This document shows positions 1 to 23,152 of a stretch of DNA of 49,827 nucleotides, in pieces (position 1 is the stretch's first letter; each line of letters starts with the position of its first letter). Below the pieces are notes generated by a model that saw only the letters and a program-made list of their open reading frames with translations, was not told the origin of the DNA and did not search any database. The translations under genes and the position numbers were made by a program. Where the stretch lies: positions 1-49,827 of the forward strand of contig KZ538753.1 of assembly GCA_000934665.2 (NCBI GenBank), given 5' to 3'. This DNA is from Catajapyx aquilonaris. Its lineage: Eukaryota.

Positions 1-117
1 GCCCTTGTCCATAACATAGCCACAGGTCTATTATATTACGTTGGATGAGAGTCGAATGGAATGGGGAGAATAATTATTGTTCATGTTAATTACTTCAGCT
101 TCACAAAAAGTGGTCAG

Positions 118-862
118 ATCTCACCAAAAACGCACTCGTAAAAAACGCGCCAAGTCGTCTGCCGAAAAAACCTGTGAGATAGTGCCTGGGAGCCATGCCT
201 TGTCCACTCTGCCGTACAAAGTCGTGAGATCGTGGTGGACGCCAAGCCTTTCTTCGAGGCTATAAGCTAAGTGAGATGACTTGGCCGGACTTGGTTCACG
301 GGCACGAGGAACAATGCGATGCGTGGTTTAATGCAATAGAAAGTAAACTTTTAACACTCATTGGTAGAGCCAAAATCCAAAAATGTGACATTCGAATGGA
401 ATATTAACTTTTAACTGTCAATGGTGGAGCAGTAACGTAACAACTCACCTTCAAATTACAAATACAGTTCCTTGATTCATTAGTTAGAATAATTATAAAT
501 ATAATTTGACCTCTGATTCGTATGACAGGAACTACAAAATGTCATCTTCGAACCGCACATGATTAGAACCACACATGATTACAATCGCGGTTTATTAGAC
601 TTGAAAATTGAGTCGTACAGCTAAAATTGGGTAACTTGACCCAATTCCAGCGAACTGAAAGCGTATTGTTCCTCGTGCCCGTGAACCAAGTCCGGCCAAG
701 TCATCTCACTTAGCTTATAGCCTCGAAGAAAGGCTTGGCGTCCACCACGATCTCACGACTTTGTACGGCGGAGTGGACAAGGCATGGCTCCCAGGCACTA
801 TCTCACAGGTTTTTTCGGCAGACGACTTGGCGCGTTTTTTACGAGTGCGTTTTTGGTGAGAT
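118..862. repeat. 198-bp near-perfect inverted repeat (118-315 / 665-862) with a 349-bp spacer
   Basis: Arms are reverse complements with one mismatch seen; CTCTACTG-TA ending at 890-892 resembles a pogo/Tc1-type terminus. Confidence 0.85.
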
Positions 863-2071
863 TTTTCTTTTACACGCACACACTCTACTGTACTATATTT
901 ACAATTTAACTAAGGCAAAACAAACAAATGCATAGAACATTACACTATTTCATGAGAAAACGTAGATTTATTGATGGCCAGCAGGATGGTCGGATAAGCC
1001 TATGTCGGATAATCGGGGTTCTACTGTCATTGCTAAATCGTGATTTAATTGGGCAAAAACTGAGTTTCTCTTCTTTATAATAAATCATTAGGAACAACCT
1101 CACTAAGAATTGCTGTGATCTTGACCAACACTCAATGAAATTTTTTTGAAACCCATAATGTATATGCTTTATGGAACAAAGTGTGCCACTGATGATTGTG
1201 TGGGCAGAGCCATTAAGCTGCATTTAGATGTGGGTGATTTGATCGGCAATGTCATTGCCCGTGAGTTGTAGCGATTCTGAGTTCATGACACAAGGGATAG
1301 CCCTTACACATCGCCTGTGTGTTTACAAGCCGGCACCAGGTATCCATGGTTACTGGACTGTTGGCATGTCACGGCGATGTCATCGCCATCGTCTATTTCA
1401 AACAGACCTGACAGATGCCCTCCCTTCTTAAATGTGATTGCTACTTTCGACCCAAATCACTGCTTTCATTAGGATTTCATGGCTCTCGCCCACATGTAAA
1501 CACGGCTTTACTGAGCTTCATCCCAGTAACCATTTGATCATCAGTCACTGTTCAGTGAAATTATGACAAGATCTTGTTGACACACACAGTGTTGTTATTA
1601 ATGTCATATACAATATAGTGGATATGAACAGGGATTGTCCTGATCATAACTCATCAGTGGGATTCACATGACCTTGTACATACTGATCCAAATTTAGGAA
1701 CTTTGTAGTTGTCACTGACTGTTCTCACATTGTGCAGACTGCAGAGAGTTGTCAATGAATTTCAGTTCTGATACACCATTGGCCCACAAAAAAAATTAGT
1801 GACAATTTGTTGCTCTTCTTTGGTGCACTACAAGGTGGGGCAGATATCTCAACATCAACACTGTGATAAAAATTGAGTAGGCCTAATATTTAAGTTCCTA
1901 GCAATAGCAAGAGGGCATGTCCTCTTGGTAATAGCTGTTAATTTTAGAAGTATATTTCTTGGAATTTTTATACTAGATGAGTGTAACATGTGCTGAACAA
2001 AATTTTCTTCTCTCAACAAGCTGCTATTTGGAAACATTTCCCATGTGCCTGTTCACAAAAAGGTGGGTTAA

Positions 2072-13772
<11,701 letters not shown>

Positions 13773-14314
13773 TTATCACTCTTGATTAGTAACTTCCCAC
13801 TGTAGGGTATAGTCACTGTTTATGCCCTTAGTGTCAGGCAGCCTTCATTTCCTCTTGGGAGTCCTTCAATACTGACAGTAGTGGTAAATGCCACAGTAGG
13901 AAATGATTAGTATCATCAACTCATATATTATGGTGACACCTACTGTCATGTTAACCCTTCACAGCTCTTGAATTGTTTGATTACAAAGTGAGCATTGCAT
14001 GAGTTTTGAAAGACTCTTGGATGCTATCCTATTGGGCTTGAACAGGGTGTCAGAAAGAGTTGCAAACCTAGTCAGTAACTTTTATAAAAATTGTAGCTCT
14101 TGTCACTCTCCAAATTCCTGTTGGCATGTAGCAAAAGATCAGTGCAGAATAATTTTTCCTTGGCAGGCATTATGTTGAGCTCGTTGTTGCCCAATTGCCT
14201 GATTGCAAGAGGAATGACCAAAGCCTCGGTAGCTCACTTGTTTTTGCCCCAATTCAACGACAAACCAGAGTCACCACCTCAGTGTACACTTTACGTCATA
14301 TGCAATCAGTTATA

Positions 14315-15000
14315 CAGGGTGTCCCACAAATTACGCTACCCAGAATTACTTCCATAACATCAACACAAATGAAGATATTGTAACGAAATTTGAACTGAAC
14401 TAACCTTGTCATGTGATTTGAAATGGCATCACAACACGTGTTGGAAATGGCCACCATTAGCGGCCAGGCAAGTCTCAACGCAGAGCGACATATTTTGGAA
14501 TCTTCTGGCCAGAATATCCTGCGGTACTGCCTGAATTTCCTGGACGATGTTGTCCTTCAAGGGCTGGATGGACCGTGGATTGTTGCGGTACACTCTTCCT
14601 TTCAGAAAGCCCCATAAGAAGTAATCAGGTGGCGTAAGATCGGGCGACAGCGGTGGCCACAGTCCCTTTGAAATGACTCGGTCGCCGAAGAAGGACTTTA
14701 TTTCGGCCATGCTGACATGTGATGTGTGGCATGTCACCCCATCCTGTTGAAAATATCCAGTCGAAAGTTCCACATCGTTTGGATCAGGAAGCAAGGACAT
14801 CCGCCTCGCGCCACTGCTCAGGTGTCGTCTGGCCGATTCGTCGCTCCAGCGTCTGTATTACAGCACCCACATTTGCCAGACCCATTCCAATTCCTTTCTC
14901 ACGTGTTGAGGTTGCTTGAGTTCAAATTCCGTTGCAATATCTTCATTTGTGTTACAGTTATTAATGTAATTCTGGGTAGCGTAATTTGTGGGACACCCTG
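14315..15000 (-). mobile_element. Internally deleted Tc1/mariner element (DD41D/rosa-like motifs) with about 90-bp TIRs
   Basis: TIR CAGGGTGTCCCACAAATTACGCTACCCAGAATTAC; TA TSD; ORF 14429-14800 YFQQDG...WPPLSPDLTPPDYFLWGFLKGRVY...NGGHFQHVL. Confidence 0.92.
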
Positions 15001-18000
15001 TATTTGGTAGACGGTGGTAAAATACAAGGCTGCAGGTTGTACATGTGCCATAAGCAGTTAACCTAATGCAAAATTAAGGCAGCACAGTCTACCGACTGTG
15101 AAATACAGTTGATGAGTTTGACATAGTATGTTCCTTGTGAACAAGAACCTAATGGTGATATTTGTATTAGACCCACCTGAGTTATTAGTTTGGCGGAATT
15201 TCTGGCCTGGTTTTAATCACTTGGAAAAGCAACACCAACTGACCGCCAGTATTTCCTTTTGGACTTGGCATTTCCGTCCACACTGTTTCAAATCATTCTA
15301 ATTCTGGTTAGTATTCAATTTATGCCTCTTCCAAAGCGGTTTCCCCCCTCNAAGAACTTATCTTCCTTGACTGTCACCTTACTACACTAGGATTTAGCTT
15401 AAAGTCATTCGAGTATCCACTTACCTTAGTCACATTTTTAATGAAAACAAATATGGTGCTCTTTTTTTTTGTGAAGGGATTTATTGGGGTGGTATTTGTT
15501 TTGCATGACACAAAATTAATAATTTTGTGCCGCACATCAGAGAAGCAAGGGATTCTGTGGACATGTCTTGCCTCAGATGTCAATGCTGTCTTTTTTTTAC
15601 ATTTTTTTTTTTTCGTGCAAGTACATTCAAAGTGAAGACTGATGGCTGGCTCACAGGAACCAATGACTTCACCCTCTCCGGAACTCAACAGCTATTGTTG
15701 ATGTAAACATGATAATATAACAGTTCTGAGTGCATTTTAATAACAAAGTGCCCTGTCATGGCCATCAAGAATGGGTTGAAAGTGTGCTGATGGGAATTTT
15801 TCTTGTATATAGTAGTGCAGGTGAACCTTGGGGAACATGATGTGATTCCATTATAAACATGGACTGCCAGGTTTCACTGCAGCCAGGGTGGGGAGTGAAA
15901 GAAGAGCGTGTTGGTCAGAGCTGACAGCTCGCAAAACGAAACGAAATGGCTGGTTGAAACGGGAACAATATGGTGAAAGAGGGTAGTCTTCACATGCTCA
16001 CCACTGAATTTCATTAGCGAGATTCTCTTTGTCTTCAAGCTGTCTTGTGTGAGTGCTACATGCATCCATTTTGTACTTTTGCTAATTTTTCATGCCTGGG
16101 ACATTGCTGACACTTGTTAACCTCACTTTGCCCCACAGTGTTGATGATTACATTTCCCAATATTTGGAAGCATTGTTTCAAGAAACTTAATGGCTTTGTG
16201 CTACTTTTGCACAGAAGTGAGTGTATACAAGTTGTGTACTTCAGGATTATTTTGCACCGTATTGGCTGTACAGGAGGCCAAATGCCTGCTTCTGGTCAAG
16301 TTCTGCTTGTGCACATGTTGATTCCACAACATTCGTGTTACCTCTTGCCTCATGCTACTTGAGATAAATTAATTGCAAAAGACACTTACATGTCTAAATT
16401 GCAGTTTTAAGTTTCATGCGCTGAAAAAAATTAATTAAATGCTCTGCATGCCCATGGCAGATCAGTCACATTAGAAGCTCAGTCATGACTGGAGCGAGGC
16501 TCCTGTACAATACGGTGCAGAGAATGAAAGTCAGTACACCATTTTTATGGTAAAGGGGTGTTTCCGGATGTTACGAGGTATTTATAAAGAAGGGTAAATC
16601 CACTCACCAGAGGAAAACCAAAATTTGGGCCTGAATTACCACACCCAATCTGTTAGACAAAGTCGGACATATCCATGCACCTTGTACATCGCGTGCAATG
16701 TTTATATTTTGTACATGGAAAATTGTATTCTACCGTAACTTGTGGTTAAGCAATGTTGGAAGGAGTGGCCTCTGGTACCCTGGCAGTCCGACTTGGGTGA
16801 GAACCTCTTGTGCATTGTTTCAGGTTGGATACCTATGATGCCATTTCAAGTCTGCAAACAAGACATTACTTACATGTGCTATGTATTTGTATATTGTGCT
16901 TCATAGGAACAGTGAATAAATTTCAATGTGGTATTTTCAAAGGGTAAGTGTAAGGCTTCTGATTGCCTGCCACACAAATCATCCCTGCTGCAAAAAAAGG
17001 TGTGATGTGTACGATTTCCTTTGTATGTGACAAAGTATTTCTTTGCAAGTGATGGTTTTCTTAACGAAAAAGGCATGAAAGAATGTAGACTCTCCCTTCT
17101 GTTGCGATACCTAACCTCTTCCTCTCCTCCTCGTCCCTCTCCACTCCATTTCCTCCCACTCCACCTCCTCATGTTCCTCCACTTCACATCCTCCTCCTCA
17201 TACATTTCCTCTTTCACCTCCACGTCTTCCTTCTTGTCCCTGTAATTTTCCATGAGCTCATGATAGACATGTTGTGTAGCTTTAAAATTCATGGGTGGAA
17301 TTTTCGTCCCACTGTTAGAGGTACTGCTAACTTAGCAGTAGGGTGGTTGTATCAGTTGTGGCCACGTTAAGAGAAATTCTGACTTCGAAAATTCATAACT
17401 TTGAATTGGAGGTTCATGCAGGTAAATATTAATGCATTGATGGTGTAGGCCATTTAACTGGTAATCTGTTAATACACATTATAAAGATATCTGAAAATTG
17501 TAATTTTCAAAAAAGGCTTACATATAAAAAGGGCAAGATGAACCAGTTCTGGCCGCCTCTGCTCCATTTCTGGCCATGCCATTGCTCCCGTTCTGGCCAC
17601 TTGTATATTCTTTTCAAAATCCTGTTAGTGGATTCCAAATCTGACTTAATTAATGCCATCAGCATTTGTTGTGACACATGTCACATGAATTTTATCCACG
17701 ATGTTGCTACTGCCACTAGTTTCAGGCACTTATATGTGACTTTTGGAGTTAGTGCAAATGCAGTTTCACCGGTATTGTGCAAGGGAAATTCAAGTGAAAA
17801 TTATCAGAGGTCATAGCAAACTGTTGAATGGGTTTCTCGTGGAGTCTTCTACGCATAATGAAGGTGGTACCGCTGTAGTATGAAGCACTGACTGGTGGCG
17901 ATTTGATGTTGTGACGGTGGCAGTGTGTATCAACAAGACCGTCCAGTCAGATGTGGAGGCAACGAATGTTGAGCAGCTTGCGGTAATCCATTTTTGAACT

Positions 18001-18365
18001 ATGGAAGGTGTCAGGTGAGGGGGTACTCACTTGACTGTCAAGTGTACACTGGAGTATCAAATTCAAGGAGTACGAAGGAGTACCTGGGAGTACAAGAGGT
18101 AGACCTACCCGGGAGCATCAATGAACCCCTTCGGGCACTTTCAGTTTATATTCAGCCACGTATATGCATTAGCATACCGAATATCAGTACTGTACAAGTT
18201 GCATACTGTGGTGGCGAAAAGCTGTCGGCCAGAGGGAGTGCACTACCTACTTCCCTTGCGTGACATCATTAGGTGCACTAGGCAGGCGCGGGAATATCAA
18301 TTTACACGCAGTTTAATGTAGTGTTGGCAGAAACACGGGCTATAATTATTATGTGGACATGTGCT

Positions 18366-18536
18366 GGGACCAGCCTTTCCAGTCTGTTATACAGGCAAGT
18401 CTGTTACAGCCGAGGCTATTATATCCGGATTCAACCGTATCATCATCATCGATGATGATGATGATAGTTGAATCCGGATATAATAGCCTCGGCTGTAACA
18501 GACTTGCCTGTATAACAGACTGGAAAGGCTGGTCCC
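18366..18536. repeat. Palindrome with identical 70-bp arms around an (ATC)n/(GAT)n centre
   Basis: 18366-18435 is the exact reverse complement of 18467-18536. Confidence 0.9.
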
Positions 18537-19224
18537 TCCATACTGTGTATTTTACTCCCGATATAAGAGACTAATTTCACCTCATGTCAACTATAACAAA
18601 CCATTTTTTTGGCCCCTTGGTAGAAAAATATGCTGTTTTTGATTATTTAACTACCTTTTCCAAGCGAGGGAAGCACTGCATAATGGAGCGGGAGTGATTT
18701 TCCCACCTGTCACGGATCTAACACTTGCTGAAAAGGTCAAAATCATACTTTTTCTGGTATATTTGACAAGGACGAGATGGCATTAAAAAATGACGTTTTT
18801 TTTTTTTGGTCCAGCCTAAGTTACGGGTGAGCTAATTTGGCATGTTTGTGGATAGTTTCATTAATCAGTGTGCATTATAAGCATATACAGGGTTCGAATG
18901 GGAAATGATGGATGGGTTCCAGGCGATCACTCTGAGTATTATGCAACATGGGTCTCCGATGCATAGTTACCGAGATTGCCTTGTGTTTGAAGCACATTAT
19001 CTGGGTAACTGCGGCGGTGACCCATGTTGCATATACTCAAAGTGATCACCTAGAACTCCTCTATCATTTCCCAAAGCGACGGTAGTTTAAATTCCCGAAA
19101 CCTGTGCAAAACAGCAAGCTCGAGTTTTCACTGCAAAAGTGGCAATTTGGCTATAACATTCATCGGTTATATAACAGACTGATTTCCTCTGTCCCTTGAA
19201 GTATCTTATATCCAGAGTCAACTG
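18465..19224. mobile_element. pogo/Tigger-like MITE containing a smaller hairpin element at about 18888-19104
   Basis: Ends AGTTGAATCCGGATATAA / TTATATCCAGAGTCAACTG; inner arms 18900-18955 versus 19018-19072. Confidence 0.55.
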
Positions 19225-19316
19225 TGTTGTTGTTGTTAGTTGATGTTATTATTGCTATTGCTATTGTTACTGTAATACCTGCACAAAAGTAATTATGCAA
19301 TTAAGTCGGACCTCTA

Positions 19317-19660
19317 GGGAGGTGGAGTGGTGCTGCGGTAATGCACACGCCCACGGTTGTTAAGGTCCCAGGTTCGAACCCAACCCGGGGTTCCCCCATT
19401 CATCTCGTTCAGAGTTGGACCATCTCTGGCTTCGTCTCAGGTGGAAATTTCCGCTAGACTAATCCACCCGGGGGAGTTCACAAAATGACCAAGCTACGAC
19501 GTGCACTTGCACTTTGCACATCCCCTCCTACCTACCCTAACCGTGGACCAACTAAATAATTAAATTATACAGATGGTTCCAAACATGGTGGTATTCCCAC
19601 CTCCCTAAGAGGGCCGTTCGGCCCTAGCATGGGGTACTGGTATCTAAAAATAATAATTTT
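19317..19660 (+). mobile_element. tRNA-derived SINE, family A head with the hairpin-module tail
   Basis: Head and body match the copies at 11264 and 20577; the 3' end differs. Confidence 0.82.
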
Positions 19661-20223
19661 TTTAATTAACAAAAAAAAAAGTCATTTGCAACATTTCCAT
19701 CAAAACAATAGTATATTGTATAAAAATATATTGAATGCTGCTATTTTGCTTCAGAAAGCCATTTAACTTACACTAATTCGTGAGATATTAGTCTAAGTGG
19801 AATTTACAATTTAAACCTGCCCTATCCCACAAGCCATGTGTTGACACTCATCCTGGTCTTCATTGGGCCATTTGTCTAGTTTGGATAGGTACTATTCCAA
19901 TACTTCATGGGGCAGAACAGGGATGTCACTGCCTGGTTTTCCCATGGCATCCCTATCATGACTTTTAAAAATATCCTTCATGATTTTTGACCTCGAGTAG
20001 GCAATCCTTGCCCATCACTGTTTATAACATATCTCTGCAAGAAGCCCTCTGATTGTGTGATAGATATCAGTGCTAATCATTTAGAGGTGGAATTAAGAAA
20101 ATGCACCTCTTCAAAAACCATTTGTTGCCACATAGAAACCCTTAATCAATTTGTAAGCAGTTTTTAGCAATTCAATATTACGTGAATCCATGAATCTGGG
20201 GATGATACTTTGCAATTAAGGCC

Positions 20224-20282
20224 CCCCGAAAAGAGCCCCGCTCTATATTAAGGGGTAAATAAATAAAAAATAAATAAAAATA
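20224..20282 (+). mobile_element. Minimal retro-insert: SINE 3' hairpin module plus A-rich tail only
   Basis: 17-bp TSD ACTTTGCRATTAAGGCC at 20207 and 20283. Confidence 0.8.
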
Positions 20283-20332
20283 ACTTTGCGATTAAGGCCA
20301 GGTTGTACTGTACCAAACAAGTTCCCAACATA

Positions 20333-20893
20333 CATGGTGAAGGGAAACTCGTGGACAATCGCCATGTAGACTGATAGTACTCATAAAACTAATATAGGGA
20401 TGTGCAATTAGTTTTGGGCGTTGTTGCATATGCGTATGGCGCTGTCAAAGTTTCTTGACGTCACATCCGTTCCGCCAGCTTGGAAGCAGCGAAAGTCAGC
20501 TCGAGGGCCTCCAAACAATCTAGCCTTGGTCCCCTGACTCATTGTCCATGTGCAATAGGTGATCAAATCCTGTCACGGGAGACGGAGTGGCGCCGTGGTA
20601 ACGTGAGCGCCCACGGATGTTAAGGTCCCGGGTTCGATCCCAGCCCGGGGACACCCCCTTCATCTCGTGCAGAGGTCGGTCACCTCTGGCTTCGTCTCGG
20701 GTGGTATTTCCTACAGACTAAACCACCCGGGGGAGCTCACTAAAAATGGCCACACGTCAGATGCACTGCACTTGCACATCCCCTCCTGTCATCCTGCCCG
20801 TGGGCCCGGGCGATACGTATAAAGGCTCCAATGTACACAACAAATAAAGGTCCATGCGATAAACCCTGATAGGGTGAAAGCATTACCCAACCA

Positions 20894-20943
<50 letters not shown>

Positions 20944-21136
20944 ATCCTGTCAGAGTAAGACTCCGGGTACGACACCCATGCACTGTGTTATTTGTACCTC
21001 ATATTTTACCATCCTGCCCTCTACACTTTAAAGGCGCTGTGCATCAGCGCCCAAAACTAATTGCACATCCCTATTATTAGTTTTACGAGTACTATAAGTC
21101 TACTTGGCGACTGTCTGCGAGTTTCCCTTCACCCTG
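20333..21136. mobile_element. Tc1/mariner-type MITE with about 100-bp TIRs, interrupted by a SINE
   Basis: CAKGGTGAAGGGAAACTCG ends; TA TSD. Confidence 0.8.
20577..20941 (+). mobile_element. tRNA-derived SINE, family A, (ATT)n tail
   Basis: A and B boxes; 11-bp TSD AAATCCTGTCA at 20565 and 20942. Confidence 0.9.
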
Positions 21137-21753
21137 TATAATCACCTACTGCAATGGGGTAGGCTTGTGCAAGTTATTGGTTATTTCCAAGTTATTGGTG
21201 GGATCCAGTTCCTCAACATAATCAATTTTTACTATACAGTGCAAAATCTTGGCCCAGGTATTCAGACCCAGTTTACTTATATGAAATCTGTAGGGGACAA
21301 CAATGTCAGGAGGGTACGATAGGGTATTACAAATTATAAGCAGGCTATATTGTGATAACATTGTTTACTTGCTCATCATTATTAATGTGTCATATTTCAA
21401 TTTTTGATATCAAGCTTAGGTGTCCTGTACTGTAAAATTATTCCCATCCCCTGACACCAGTGCCAATGTTGTCAAGTTCCCCATTATTACAGCTAATGTG
21501 TTCTCAGTGGTCATTGCAATATTTGTGCAGACCACTTGCCATGCACTCTGGTCTACCAATCAAGACAAACTTGCCACCTCACATTTCTGACTGTTTGAAA
21601 ATTCCCCAACCTTGGCAACTGGTTGATTTCTAAGAAATATGCTCTTTACTCATATCGGGAATCTTTATTCAGGTTTACTACGACTTAGTCTGCATTGGGT
21701 GTGTGAAACAAGAACTGCCTCTGGTTGGCAGGCAACTAAGCATCAGGAGCTGC

Positions 21754-21960
21754 CTAAAGGGGCTTGGCATCCGTCAGCTGAAAGAAATATCCACATTCGC
21801 AGCGGCGTGACTCGCCCTTGTGGAGCCACATCCAGTTGATGCAAGTGGCATCCTCTTCACAAATGCAGCCAACAATCCTCGATTGGTAGAGCGACGGGAT
21901 GATCGTCGGCTTATCCTTGGTTCCCGCAGTCCGCTTATAGACTCGCATATCAAATGGGTT
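21754..21960 (-). CDS. COX5B: COX5B exon 3
   Basis: NPFDMRVYKR...RIVGCICEEDATCINWMWLHKGESRRCECGYFFQL. Confidence 0.96.
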   Translation of the reverse strand, partial: NPFDMRVYKRTAGTKDKPTIIPSLYQSRIVGCICEEDATCINWMWLHKGESRRCECGYFFQLTDAKPL

Positions 21961-22400
21961 CTGCAAGTTATCAGCAGGTTGAATTAACATGTCCCACTGT
22001 CTTGCAAAGCTTTAGGTATATAGTCTGGTGACCCTGGGTAGCTTGCCCCCTGGGGTAACTTGTTGTTTACTGCTATCCTTTTACATATGTTGCCATGGTG
22101 ATTGCCCGCGGGCAAGCTTACCCCGGCTTACCCGGGGTCACCAGACGAGGGGCCTTAGTGCAGGCTGCTTACCTCATTTCCAGCCGCATGTGCCAGAAGC
22201 TCCTGCTTTTCCAATCCAGTAGCATGTTCCATCGGATCAGGCATCACTGAAAAGGTAACATGATAGCCAAATCAGCTGCGCAAATCCTCAAGGTGAGCTA
22301 AAGCCAGTTACTTACTCTTATTCTGGCAAAATACAGCCGATGCATGCAGGTAGCGCCTGGAAGCTACTGGCACCGCTGCCCTAACCAGTTGAAGAGCCAT
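21754..22400 (-). CDS. COX5B: Cytochrome c oxidase subunit 5B, complete (exons 22400-22316, 22246-22173, 21960-21754; 121 aa)
   Basis: Basic presequence MALQLVRAAVPVASRRYLHAS; MPDPMEHATGLEK; zinc ligands RIVGCICEED...RRCECG; both donors gtaag; AATAAA on the minus strand at 21664-21669. Confidence 0.97.
22015..22154. mobile_element. Small PIF/Harbinger-like MITE in COX5B intron 2
   Basis: GG...GTCTGGTGACCC / GGGTCACCAGAC...CC ends, TTA on both sides. Confidence 0.55.
22173..22246 (-). CDS. COX5B: COX5B exon 2
   Basis: MMPDPMEHATGLEKQELLAHAAGNE. Confidence 0.93.
22316..22400 (-). CDS. COX5B: COX5B exon 1 (mitochondrial presequence)
   Basis: ATG at 22400; 28 codons plus 1 nt, then gtaag. Confidence 0.88.
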
Positions 22401-23017
22401 GATCACTTCAGAAGATGAATCGTGGGGTAAGCAAGGCAAGAAGAGCAAGGCGGCGACCAGCTTCAAGATGGAGATCGCCAATTGCCAGTGCCTATAACGA
22501 CTAGGAAAAGTGCCGTCAGGCTGCAGCACTGGGCTAGTAGCATGCGGCGACATCTACCGGAGAAATCCCCAAATTAAAGTGGATAGAATCATAGAAAGCA
22601 CGGTATGCACGGTATGCTCTTCTAACCTTGGGCCCAGAGCTTGGGGCAAAAGTAGGGGCTACGACTGACCTACAATCTGGGCTACCCTGTCAGTGGTTGG
22701 TACTCCGGTACCTGTGCTGTTTTGTCCGACACTGCTTGCAGGTATCATGCATTGTACTATTTTGACTTCTCCCATTCCGACAAAAATAGCAAGATACATT
22801 TTTTAAAAATACCTCTGAGCTTGGGTGGTAGATGTGTGCAGTTATACAGAGTTTGAATTGATGCTAGTGAAATTAGTGTCTAGGATTATTGTGGTAGTGA
22901 GCAAACTGGTCATTATGCTTGGTGTTGCAGATTCGATGTGACATGTGAGACACAAGCAACAACCAGGTAGTTGAACCTAAACTTGCACAGTGTGAATAAG
23001 ACTGTGTGTCTACAAGA
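22401..23017. promoter_or_regulatory. Shared divergent promoter and 5' UTR region of COX5B and MEAK7
   Basis: Only 617 bp separate the two divergent start codons. Confidence 0.7.
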
Positions 23018-23152
23018 ATGGGCGCCAAAGAGAGCAAATCAGATGGCCCGGCAGATATGCAACAGTTTTCGCCTGAAGAACAGGAGAGTATCAAGACTAA
23101 CTTTGGGAAACTGTCTGAAGGCAAGCCAGACTGTGAGCCAGACCGTCTTAAG
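23018..23152 (+). CDS. MEAK7: MEAK7 coding exon 1
   Basis: agaATGG context; MGAKESK...DRLK; phase 0 donor. Confidence 0.85.

Noticed and set aside
16879..17292. 137-aa Glu/Arg-rich ORF
   Set aside because: Produced by a CT-rich low-complexity tract; no domain or convincing splice context.
19601..19636. SINE 3' module as a twister ribozyme (stem followed by UAA)
   Set aside because: Too short; lacks the additional stem and the two pseudoknot pairings of twister.
20866..20879. CTGATAGGGTGAAA as a hammerhead core
   Set aside because: The CTGA lies within an ACCCT/AGGGT stem and is not conserved in sibling copies at 11264 and 28683.
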